From: Pecten maximus
Lineage: Eukaryota
Assembly: GCF_902652985.1 (NCBI RefSeq)
Contig: NC_047020.1
Location: forward strand, 33,108,001 to 33,172,000
DNA: 64,000 nt
Direction: 5' to 3'
Shown here: positions 27,074 to 39,112 of the stretch, piece by piece
Layout of the letters: the number at the start of each line of letters is the position of its first letter
Numbering within the stretch: position 1 is the stretch's first letter
Notes under the pieces: generated by a model
Databases searched by the model: none
Seen by the model: the letters and a program-made list of their open reading frames with translations, nothing else
Told to the model about the DNA's origin: nothing
Made by a program: the position numbers and the translations under genes

Positions 27074-29159
27074 TGTTGTAGGTAAACCGTTATCTCCCAT
27101 TTCCCTCGCGTTCCAGTTTATCACTCTGACCCGGTGGATAGTTCTCTCCCCTTCTTTAATGGTAAACCTTGGGGAAAAAACGCCTTATTTCAAATGACTT
27201 CTAACACGAGTGTAGCTCCTGGAGGCGTGAAAGTTTAAAACATATCCTAATATCTATATCCGTGTGAAAACAACGGCTTTAAGGATCTCGCTATCGATAT
27301 CCTCCTTTGTCAACCACTAGAAACATTTTTTACAGTTAATATATTTAATTGTCACTGCCTTCCGTTAACTCGGATAAACAAGTGAATACATTTTCGTCGT
27401 CCTGTTTGATGAAGATTTCTATGTGTATATAAACTTTTTTTTTTGAGCTGGCAGCAAACGAATAGAAGCTAATATTTTAATTGTTAAAGGGAGTTAGGCG
27501 ATATGGCATTTATGACAACTGAAAAATATTTTCTTCTCTTGAAGAAATAAATTGCCAAAATAAATATTGCAATATTACCATTATATTTTTTCCTAAAGGG
27601 AAGAGAAAATTGAAAACAACAATACGGCGGAAATATGTACAGTAGCATCAAATGAGTACGATCGTTATCGCGCCCTCATTTCTTCCATTTAATGAAATCG
27701 TAGAAAATAAAAGCAACAGGTAAAGCCAATACCAGGCATTCCTTGTACACTGAAATATTCATGTTTGAGATGTATTGATAGGTATCGGGAATTCCCTACG
27801 CTACAGTTTTACTTCCTCATTATTGTAACTAGCCCTCATCCTGTCTCCTGTTATGTATTTAATTTGTACACACTTAAGAATAAAGTGTATAAATTTCCTT
27901 TTGTTTATCCAGGAAATGATGCTTGTGGGATCATATCGTGATATTTGACAGTTACAATGAATATCATAAATAAATATCATTATTTTATATATATGCTTTG
28001 GTTGTTGTTTAAGTTTTTCTTCTCCTTTCAAGGGGTTGCTTTGTTCAGGCGACGTGAGGGGGTCGGCGTGCCTCCGGTGCCTCTATCCCCCTCAGGTGAG
28101 TATTGTCCTATTACTCCGGTAAGTCCCAGGATAGGGCCGGACAGATGCATGGGACGGACATGGGCGCGGCTACATCCGGTGTTGAACTCCATACGAATAT
28201 ATATATGCATGTTAAGATGTGCAGGAGGAGTTCATCAACTACAAAATACACACTCGCAATATTGCCCTTACATGTTAGTTAACTCATATGGAGAATAAGT
28301 AAATTTTGCACTTAAAAGATAAAAAGGAAGTCGTAACAACATGTATTTATACCTTCACGTCGAAATGAACAAACATGGACAATTCCATAGCAATCCATCA
28401 ACAATTAGAACGACTTTTAAAAGAGCGCGGTCTCAATTCAATTCCATAATCAGCTTTAAGGCATTCATTTTATATGAAGGATAAAATCATACACAATTTT
28501 TGGAGGAACTGATATTTACAAATACATGTAATATATTGTATTTTTTATGTTTTATGAAATCAAGCTATACAGCTATGTCACACATGTACATTCGCTTTTA
28601 CCATAAATTAATTTGTTTTCACACTGCCTGATTGGTTACATACAGTCAAATAATTTCCATTAAAAATGTATATTGACCAGCTGTGAAAAAACTAGGCATT
28701 TTTGAAATAGATTATAATTTACTTTGCCTTGGCATTGTTCAGAAATGTCCAATATATCGCATACAATTGCAACATATATACAAGCAATAACTCAAATTTT
28801 GAAAGTAATCATATTATTATTATTATTTCTGAATCAGTGTATTTATTTATTTATTTTTTGTTTCTGATAGGTTGGTCTTCAAAAGATGAAGTTCAATACA
28901 GAGTGTATCGCCATTATAAAATAAAAATTCTACCTTTATGATTTCGGTTCAAGCATCAACCTCGGTTGATATTTTTTCTCAAGTTAGTAACACCATATGT
29001 CGACCTTATAAAAAGGCTATAACTGTATAGAGTATGCTAATGTTTCCCTGACATGGCTACTATCTTGTATTAGATAACAAGTTTATGCACGGCAATCGAA
29101 CTTATCGTGACCTCAAAAGATTCATACGTGTATTCACTGGAGTAAGGTGTAATTGCAGA

Positions 29160-29230
29160 GCGCCGCTGGTGTAGTGGTATCATGCAAGATTCCCATTCTT
29201 GCGACCCGGGTTCGATTCCCGGGCGGCGCA
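29160..29230 (+). tRNA. tRNA-Gly-CCC: tRNA-Gly(CCC), copy 1 (G9 variant)
   Basis: 71-nt cloverleaf: GCGCCGC/GCGGCGC acceptor stem, anticodon loop TTCCCAT, GTTCGATTC T-loop, T6 terminator immediately downstream. Confidence 0.97.
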
Positions 29231-29817
29231 CATTTTTTATGTCAATATTATGATAATACTTGTTTTTATATTTTGTGTCAGTAACCAATTTCACTCATTC
29301 ATTCAGAATACTGTCAACAAATACTGAACCATAGATTCAAATGATAACATTTATAATACCTTTGGGAAAGGAATTAATATCATTTTAAACTTGTTTTCCG
29401 ATCCCAAATCATGACAAAAGGTAAGTATATATGAATGAATATTGAATAAAATATTGATAAACTAATACCAAGTAAATGAATCTTTGTACCCCGGAAAACA
29501 TACCTGATACCCGTTAAATCAATCTTTGTAACCCCCAAAAAATACCTCGTCCTCCTCCTCCTCCTCCTCAATAAAATTATTAATAATTTCTAAACCAATG
29601 GAGTTTACGTGTACAAAGGACCAAGAGTAGAGCCAATGATAATCAATAGTTAGGCCGTGAGCTAATCGTCATGGCAACGGTTACTATAGTCATATATGGA
29701 TGTGTAAATGAATTGATGTAAAGATAAACATGCACTGCACTATTTCCATACACCATTTAACTAGATCACGTATATATGTGATATAGACTCATAGGTTATG
29801 ACTCATTAACTTCACAA

Positions 29818-29888
29818 GCGCCGCTAGTGTAGTGGTATCATGCAAGATTCCCATTCTTGCGACCCGGGTTCGATTCCCTGGCGGCGCA
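29818..29888 (+). tRNA. tRNA-Gly-CCC: tRNA-Gly(CCC), copy 2 (T-stem mismatch, possibly impaired)
   Basis: As the other copies, but CCCTGG replaces CCCGGG (T at 29879), breaking one T-stem pair. Confidence 0.85.
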
Positions 29889-30810
29889 ACTTATTTTTAT
29901 CATGTCTGTGAATCTACTTTTGGTTTATTACTCGAGGCACAAGGGCCTTGAATCTAATTATATTAAATGCATAATGCACGGTTAGGAAGTATCCCGTTAC
30001 TACAATTGGTACTTCCGATGAGTCGTCAAAAAATGGTTGATATATGCCTAACTGTTCTAGAGACGATGACATTAATACGAACATGTATATATCGAAATGT
30101 ACATTTATCTGTAAACAATCCTTTATCTTTAGGGTCCCTTTTCAAAATCAATCATGAATCTAGGTTATTGGGAAGAAGTTGTTTAAGTAAAACGTTATGA
30201 CGAGCGGACAAAATACCGTAATGGACGGACACTGTTTCAAAAGGTAACCTAAATTTCCTTTAAGCAGGTGAGCTGACAACTTGAAGGAAAGACTCACATT
30301 TTTTTCTTGATATATATAATCGTAACAAGTCGTGACAGAAGATAACTTCAACTAAACGATAGCAGCAGTGTTATCACTAGTTTCAGTTCATATGTAAGAG
30401 CAGTCATCAATGTCAATAGCTACGATCGTATATCACAGTAATAGGAAATGTCAATAACTCTGAGTCGAACATACATCACAATAATTGTAAATGTCAATAG
30501 CTACGATCGTATGTCACAACAATCATGAATGTCAATAGGTATGGGCGTAGGCCACAACAACCGTAAATATCAATAGGTATGGGCGTAGGTCACAACAACC
30601 GTAAATGTCAGTAGGTATGGACGTAGGTCACTACAACCGTAAATGGCGATAGGTATTGCCGTTCGTCACAACAATCGTAAATATCAATAGGTATGGACGT
30701 ATGTCACAACAATCGTAAATGTCAGTAGGTATGATCGTGTGACAAAACAATCGTGATGATAATTGTGATCGTTGCTGATAGATAATGAGTCATCAACTTT
30801 ACACATGTAA

Positions 30811-30881
30811 GCGCCGCTAGTGTAGTGGTATCATGCAAGATTCCCATTCTTGCGACCCGGGTTCGATTCCCGGGCGGCGCA
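30811..30881 (+). tRNA. tRNA-Gly-CCC: tRNA-Gly(CCC), copy 3
   Basis: Intact 71-nt copy (A9), T-run downstream. Confidence 0.96.
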
Positions 30882-31521
30882 ACTTATTTTTATTATCTAC
30901 TTGAAAAACAGTTCAAGCCGCCTGTGAATCCACTTTTTGTTTATATCTCGAGGCACAGGGCCTTGAATTTAATTATGATGAATGAAGAATGCACGGTAAC
31001 AGCAGTATCATCACTAGCTTCAGTTCATATGTCAGAGCAGGCATAATTTTCAACAGCTATGATCGTTTGTAACAGTAATAGTTAATGTCAACAACTACGA
31101 GTCAAACATATGTCACAACAATCGTAAATGTCAATAGGTATGGGCGTAGGTCACAACAACCGTAAACGTCAATAGGTATGGGCGTAGGTCACAACAACCG
31201 TAAATGTCAATAGGTATGGGCGTAGGTCACAACAACCGTAAATGTCAATAGGTATGGGCGTATGTCACAACAATCGTAAATATCAATAGGTATGGGCGCA
31301 GGTCACAACAACTGTAAATGTCAGTAGGTATGGACGTAGGTCACTACAACCGTAAATGGCGATAGGTATTGCCGTTCGTCACAACAATCGTAAATATCAA
31401 TAGGTATGGGCGTTTGTCACAACAATCGTAAATATCAATAGGTATGATCGTGTGTCAAAACAATCGATGATAATTGTGATCGTTGCTGATAGATAATGAG
31501 TCATCAACTTTACACATGTAA

Positions 31522-31592
31522 GCGCCGCTAGTGTAGTGGTATCATGCAAGATTCCCATTCTTGCGACCCGGGTTCGATTCCCGGGCGGCGCA
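31522..31592 (+). tRNA. tRNA-Gly-CCC: tRNA-Gly(CCC), copy 4
   Basis: Intact 71-nt copy (A9), T-run downstream. Confidence 0.96.
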
Positions 31593-32076
31593 ACTTATTT
31601 TTATTATCTACTTGAAACACAGTTCAAGCCGCCTGTGAATCCACTTTTTGTTTATATCTCGAGGCACAGGGCCTTAAATTTAATGATGATGAATGAAGAA
31701 TACACGGTAACAGCAGTATTATCACTAGCTTCAGTTCATATGTCAGAGCAGGCATATTTTTCAACAGCTATGATCGTTTGTCACAGTAATAGGTGATTTC
31801 AATAACTACCAGTCGAACATATGTCACAATAATTGTAAATGTCAATAACTATGATTGTATGTCACAACAATCGTAAATATCAATAGGTATGGGCGCAGGT
31901 CACAACAATCGTAAATGTCAGTAGGTATGGGCGTAGGTCACAACAATCGTAAATGTCAATAGCTATGATTGTAAATCACAACAATGATAAATTTCATAAT
32001 CGTATGTCACAGAAATCGTGATCAATAATTGTGATCGTTACTGATAGATAATGAGTCATAAACATCACACATGCAA

Positions 32077-32147
32077 GCGCCGCTAGTGTAGTGGTATCAT
32101 GCAAGATTCCCATTCTTGCGACCCGGGTTCGATTCCCGGGCGGCGCA
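32077..32147 (+). tRNA. tRNA-Gly-CCC: tRNA-Gly(CCC), copy 5
   Basis: Intact copy; its 3' flank duplicates that of copy 1. Confidence 0.96.
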
Positions 32148-32754
32148 AATTTTTTATGTCAATATTATGATAATACTTGTTTTTATATTTTGTGTCAGTA
32201 ACCAATTTCACTCATTCATTCAGAATACTGTCAACAAATACTGAACCGTAGATTCAAATGATAACATTTATAATACCTTTGGGAAAGGAATTAATATCAT
32301 TTTAAACTTGTTTTCCGATCCCAAATCATGACAAAAGGTAAGTATATATGAATGAATATTGAATGAATATTGAATAAAATATTGATAAACTAATACCAAG
32401 TAAATGAATCTTTGTACCCCGGAAAACATACCTGATACCCGTTAAATCAATCTTTGTAACCCCCCAAAAATACGTCCTCCTCCTCCTCCTCCTCCTCCTC
32501 CTCCTCAATAAAATTATTAATAATTTCTAAACCAATGGAGTTTACGTGTACAAAGGACCAAGAGTAGAGCCAATGATAATCAATAGTTAGGCCGTGAGCT
32601 AATCGTCATGGCAACGGTTACTATAGTCATATATGGATGTGTAAATGAATTGATGTAAAGATAAACATGCACTGCACTATTTCCATACACCATTTAACTA
32701 GATCACGTATATATGTGATATAGACTCATAGGTTATGACTCATTAACTTCACAA

Positions 32755-32825
32755 GCGCCGCTAGTGTAGTGGTATCATGCAAGATTCCCATTCTTGCGAC
32801 CCGGGTTCGATTCCCGGGCGGCGCA
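32755..32825 (+). tRNA. tRNA-Gly-CCC: tRNA-Gly(CCC), copy 6
   Basis: Intact copy; flanks duplicate those of copy 2. Confidence 0.96.
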
Positions 32826-33883
32826 ACTTATTTTTATCATGTCTGTGAATCTACTTTTGGTTGATTACTCGAGGCACAAGGGCCTTGAATCTAATTATAT
32901 TAAATGCATAATGCACGGTTAGGAAGTATCCCGTTACTACAATTGGTACTTCCGATGAGTCGTCAAAAAATGGTTGATATATGCCTAACTGTTCTAGAGA
33001 CGATGACATTAATACGAACATGTATATATCGAAATGTACATTTATCTGTAAACAATCCTTTATCTTTAGGGTCCCTTTTCAAAATCAATCATGAATCTAG
33101 ATTTTTGGGAAGAAGTTGTTTAAGTAAAACAAAATACCGTAATGGACGGACGCTGTTTCAAAAGGTAACCTAAATTTCCTTTAAGCAGGTGAGCTGACAA
33201 CTTGAAGGAAAGACTCACATTTTTTTCTTGACATATATAATCGTAACAAGTCGTGACAGAAGATAACTTCAACTAAACGATAGCAGCAGTGTTTTCACTA
33301 GTTTCAGTTCATATGTAAGAGCAGTCATCAATGTCAATAGCTACGATCGTATATCACAGTAATAGGAAATGTCAATAACTCTGAGTCGAACATACATCAC
33401 AATAATTGTAAATGTCAATAGCTACGATCGTATGTCACAACAATCATGAATGTCAATAGCTACGATTGTATGTCAAAACAACCGTAAATGTCAATAGGTA
33501 TGGGCGTAGGTCACAACAATCGTAAATGTCAATAGGTATGGGCGTAGGTCACAACAACCGTGAATGTCAGTAGGTATGGGCGTAGGCCACAACAACCGTA
33601 AATATCAATAGGTATGGGCGTAGGTCACGACAATCCTAACTATCAATAGGTATGGGCGCAGGTCACAACAACCGTAAATGTCAGTAGGTATGGACGTAGG
33701 TCACTACAACCGTAAATGGCGATAGGTATTGCCGTTCGTCACAACAATCGTAAATATCAATAGGTATGGGCGTATGTCACAACAATCGTAAATGTCAATA
33801 GGTATGATCGTGTGACAAAACAATCGTGATGATAATTGTGATCGTTGCTGATGGATAATGAGTCATCAACTTTACACATGTAA

Positions 33884-33954
33884 GCGCCGCTAGTGTAGTG
33901 GTATCATGCAAGATTCCCATTCTTGCGACCCGGGTTCGATTCCCGGGCGGCGCA
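33884..33954 (+). tRNA. tRNA-Gly-CCC: tRNA-Gly(CCC), copy 7
   Basis: Intact copy; flanks duplicate those of copy 3. Confidence 0.96.
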
Positions 33955-34184
33955 ACTTATTTTTATTATCTACTTGAAACACAGTTCAAGCCGCCTGTGA
34001 ATCCACTTTTTGTTTATATCTCGAGGCACAGGGCCTTGAATTTAATTATGATGAATGAAGAATGCACGGTAACAGCAGTATTATCACTAGCTTCAGTTCA
34101 TATGTCAGAGCAGGCATAATTTTCAACAGCTATGATCGTTTGTAACAGTAATAGTTAATGTCAATAACTACGAGTCAAACATAT

Positions 34185-35720
34185 GTCACAACAATCGTAA
34201 ATGTCAATAGGTATGGGCGTATGTCACAACAATCGTAAATATCAATCGGTATGGGCGTATGTCACAACAATCGTAAATGTCAATAGGTATGGGCGTAGGT
34301 CACAACAATCGTAAATATCAATAGGTATGGGCGTAGGTCACAACAATCGTAAATGTCAATAGGTATGGGCGTAGGTCACAACAACCGTAAATGTAAATAG
34401 GTATGGGCGCAGGTCACAACAACCGTAAATGTAAATAGGTATGGGCGTATGTCACAACAATCGTAAATGTCAATCGGTATGGGCGCAGGTCACAACAATC
34501 GTAAATGTCAATAGGTATGGGCGTATGTCACAACAATCGTAAATGTCAATAGGTATGGGCGTATGTCACAACAATCGTAAATGTCAATAGGTATGGGCGT
34601 AGGTCACAACAATCGTAAATGTCAATAGGTATGGGCGTATGTCACAAAAATCGTAAATGTCAATAGGTATGGGCGTATGTCACAAAAATCGTAAATGTCA
34701 ATAGGTATGGGCGCAGGTCATAACAATCCTAACTATCAATAGTTTTGGGCGTAGGTCACAACAACCGTAAATGTCAATAGGTATGGGCGTATGTCACAAA
34801 AATTGTAAATGTCAATAGGTATGGGCGTAGGTCACGACAATCCTAACTATCAATAGGTATGGGCGTAGGTCACGACAACCGTAAATGTCAATAGGTATGG
34901 GCGTATGTCACAACAATCGTAAATGTCAATAGGTATGGGCGTATGTCACAACAATCGTAAATGTCAATAGGTATGGGCGTATGTCACAACAATCGTAAAT
35001 ATCAATAGGTATGGGCGTAGGTCACAACAATCGTAAATGTCAATAGGTATGGGCGTATGTCACAACAACCGTAAATGTCAATAGGTATGGGCGTATGTCA
35101 CAACAATCGTAAATGTCAATAGGTATGGGCGTATGTCACAACAATCGTAAATGTCAATAGGTATGGGCGTATGTCACAACAATCGTTAATATCAATAGGT
35201 ATGGGCGTAGGTCACAACAACCGTAAATGTCAATAGGTATGGGCGTATGTCACAAAAATCGTAAATGTCAATAGGTATGGGCGTAGGTCACGACAATCCT
35301 AACTATCAATAGGTATGGGCGTAGGTCACGACAACCGTAAATGTCAATAGGTATGGGCGTATGTCACAACAATCGTAAATGTCAATAGGTATGGGCGTAT
35401 GTCACAACAATCGTAAATGTCAATAGGTATGGGCGTATGTCACAACAATCGTAAATATCAATAGGTATGGGCGTAGGTCACAACAATCGTAAATGTCAAT
35501 AGGTATGGGCGTATGTCACAACAACCGTAAATGTCAATAGGTATGGGCGTATGTCACAACAATCGTAAATGTCAATAGGTATGGGCGTATGTCACAACAA
35601 TCGTAAATATCAATAGGTATGGGCGTAGGTCACAACAATCGTAAATGTCAATAGGTATGGGCGTAGGTCACAACAATCGTAAATGTCAATTGCTATGATC
35701 GTGTGTCAAAACAATCGTGA
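34185..35720. repeat. 38-bp minisatellite, ~40 copies (shorter blocks in other tRNA spacers)
   Basis: Consensus GTCACAACAATCGTAAATGTCAATAGGTATGGGCGTA(G/T). Further blocks at ~30410-30760, 31100-31470, 31820-32020, 33330-33830, 36300-36510 and 37140-37250. Confidence 0.95.
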
Positions 35721-35894
35721 TGATAATTGTGATCGTCGTGATAGATAATGAGTCTTCAACTTTACACATGCAATGGATGTGTAAATGAATTGATGCAAAA
35801 TTAAACATGCACTGCACTATTTCCATACACTATTTAACTAGTTCACGTATATATGTGATATAGACTCATGAGTAATGACTCATTAACTTCACAA

Positions 35895-35965
35895 GCGCCG
35901 CTAGTGTAGTGGTATCATGCAAGATTCCCATTCTTGCGACCCGGGTTCGATTCCCGGGCGGCGCA
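35895..35965 (+). tRNA. tRNA-Gly-CCC: tRNA-Gly(CCC), copy 8
   Basis: Intact copy with a copy-2/6-type 5' flank. Confidence 0.96.
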
Positions 35966-36561
35966 ACTTATTTTTACCATTTACTTGAACTGTAGAGACT
36001 CAAGCTGTCTGTGAATTTACTTTTGGTTGATTACTCGAGGCACAAGGGCCTTGAATCTAATTTTATTAAATGCAGAATACACGGTTAGGAAGCATCCCGT
36101 TACTACAATTGGTACTTCCGATGAGTCGTTAAAAGTTGGTTGATAAATGCCTAACTGTTCTAGAGACGATGACATTAATACGAACGTGTAAATAATAAAA
36201 TGTACATTTATCTGTAAAACACTTTCATCTTCAGGGTCCCTTTCAAAAATCCATCATGAATCTAGATAATCGGGAAGAAGGTATTTAAGTAAAATGTATG
36301 TCACAACAATCGTAAATATCAATAGGTATTGGCGTAGGTCACAACAATCGTACATGTCAATAGCTATGATTGTATGTCAAAACAATCGTAAATGTCAATA
36401 GCTAGTATCGTATGTCACAACAATCGTAAATGTCAATAGCTACGATCGTATGTCACAACAATTCGTTAATAACAATAGCTATGATCGTATGTCACAACAA
36501 TCGTGATCAATAATTACGATCGTTGGTGATAGATAATAAGTCATAAACTTTACACATGCAA

Positions 36562-36632
36562 GCGCCGCTAGTGTAGTGGTATCATGCAAGATTCCCATTC
36601 TTGCGACCCGGGTTCGATTCCCGGGCGGCGCA
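36562..36632 (+). tRNA. tRNA-Gly-CCC: tRNA-Gly(CCC), copy 9
   Basis: Intact copy followed by CTTTCTTTTT. Confidence 0.96.
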
Positions 36633-37303
36633 ACTTTCTTTTTAATATCTTCTTGGAATATATATAGCCTGTGAAACCACTTCTGGTTTATTACTTGAGG
36701 CATATGGGTCTTGAATCCAAGGTATTAAAATGAAGAATACACGGAAGGTGGGAATCCGTTGCTACAAGATTCAAGTTTGATGGCCGGGCTAATGTCACTA
36801 TCAAAAGCTGGTTGATATCTGCCTTATTGTTCTGGAGACGATGTCATTTACTTGTACGAACGTGTAAATATCAAAATGTACATTTACCTGTAAAACAATT
36901 TTATCTTCAGGGGCACATTCCAAAATCCTTCATGAATCCAGACTTTTTTTGTCATTGGGAAGAAATTATTAAAGAAAAGTACTTGTAGTTAAAGAAAATA
37001 CTTTGGCAAATGGACAAAAGACCGTAATGGAGGGACGCTGCTTTAGAAGGTAGCCTAAATTTACTTTGAGCAAGTGAGCTGACTACTTAAAAGAAAGACC
37101 CGCCATTTTTCTTGAACTATACAACCAAAAGGCGTAACAATCGTAAGTATCAATAGCCATGATTGCATGTCACAACAATCGTAAATGTCAATAGCTACGA
37201 TTGTATGTAAAAAACAATCGTAAATGTCAATAGCTATAATCGTATGTCAGAACAGTCTTCATGAATCAAGACTTTTTTTGTTATTGGGAAGAAGATGTTA
37301 AAG

Positions 37304-38059
37304 AACAAGAGGCCCATGAGCCTTAATGGTCACCTGCGATTTGAATTATTTCAATTAATTTAATTGACCCTTTTTGGCCCAACCCAACAGTTTCAGGGGT
37401 CAGTCAGGGCCAACATGTGCATACCATTAAGCTTTCATCCCATGTTGATAATGCTAAAAAAGTTAGAATGAATTCCAATAGAAATCCAACAAATAATTGT
37501 CAAAACTGTGATTTCCCAATATAAACTACAGTAAAGTTTACCCCTTCCCCAGGGGAAAACATGAGAACCCAGGGTCATGAAATTCACAACTATGGTAAAG
37601 CACCTTAAGACGACCCTTCCATCTATGAAAGAGTGTTTGATTCCACCATATCTGAGAGTAGAGAAGAATATTTTTGAAGTTTTAGTCAATTTGACCCTTT
37701 TTGGCCCCGCCCCTCAGGCCCTGGGGGGGTCAGTCGGAGCCAACCTGTCTATACCAACAAACAGTCATCCCACGCTGACAATGTTATCCAAGTTAGAATA
37801 AATTCCAATAGAAATAAAACAAATAATTATCAAAATTGTGATTTTCCTATATAAACTATAGTAAAGTTTACCCCCTCCCCAGGGGCAATCATGAGACCCC
37901 AGGTTCATGAAATTCACAATTTTGGTAAAGCACCTTACGACCCGTCCATTTATGGAGGTGTTTCATTCCGCCATATATGAGAGTAGAGAAGAAGATTTTT
38001 GAAATTTTAGTCAATTTGACACTTTTTGGCTCTGAGACTTTGTCTCAGGTGACCTAAAA
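37304..38059. mobile_element. Helentron-associated non-autonomous element (HINE-like) with central tandem repeat
   Basis: Starts AACAAGAGGCCC...GGTCACCTG and ends CTCAGGTGACCTAAAAA (inverted CAGGTGACC). Internal unit of ~326 bp (TTGACCCTTTTTGGCCC-like at ~37364, 37691, 38016). Splits an A-run of a tRNA-spacer copy with no TSD. Confidence 0.78.
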
Positions 38060-39112
38060 ATGCTTGTTGTTAATATAAAGAAAAATACTGTAGTGAATGG
38101 ACAAAGGACTGTAATGGATGGATGCTGCTTAAGAAGGTAACCTAAATTTCCTTTTTAAGCAGGTCAGCTGAACACTTAAAAAAAAGGCCGCTCGATATTT
38201 TCTTGACATATAATCGTTACAAGTCGTGAAAGAAAATCAACTTCAACCAACGTCTTTAATCATATTAGTGATAATATACAATGAAATGTTTTACGCAATT
38301 TCAATTTATTTGATCATTTTACAGCAGTATTAACACAAGTTTCAGATAATATGTCACAACAACCATAGTCCACAATAGCTATGATCGTATATCACAAGCA
38401 TAGTTTCATGTATTTGTGAAAGTCTACTTTAATTAATGAACTCTCGGCCAATCAAACGCGACGTTAGACACAAGGACGTCATTTTGACCTTATGGATGAT
38501 ATCATATCAATTTTATTTTTGAAAATACTTTTTACAAACAAGATGAAAGTAATTTAATACAGATGCTATGCATTGTAAAGGTTATAAAAACTATGTATAA
38601 GCATTATGCAATAATAATAAAATAACATAATTTACAACTGATTTGTGAATATAAAATCCAACAGGATCGTGGAATAATTTATATGGAATTAACTGTGTTA
38701 AAAACAATGTGTTCCGATGACCAGGACATGCAGTATAATCATAAAGTGATCAAGTACACATTTATTATAACAAGTATTGAAGCTAACCATGTCTATTTCA
38801 GTCTCATGATTTGAATCACTTTTTGGAAACAAAGCAACTCATGTTCTACTGAAAACCTGAAAATATGGGTATAAGAACTGTACTAGGTGATTAATACTGA
38901 ACATATTCAAATCTCATATGGTTAATGATATTCTTGGACAGGTTTAAAAAAGTATCATGAAATTTAAATTAGTTGTACACCTACCAGATACTATTTAATA
39001 GGGCATTTATAATCAATATTTATCAATACATGTATTTATCATCCTCAATATCTCTCTTGACTAGCAATGTGAAAACATGATCAAGATGTCACTGAAATCA
39101 TACTTCGTTTAA

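Noticed and set aside
30410-36510. 38-bp repeats as a CRISPR array
   Set aside because: Units are head-to-tail with no unique spacers, there are no cas genes, and the context is eukaryotic with introns.
29070-36703. Repeated short ORFs (MVSCKIPILATRVRF..., MHNARLGS..., MRRRRR...)
   Set aside because: They are translations of tRNA bodies, duplicated spacers and a (CCT)n microsatellite, with no coding signal.
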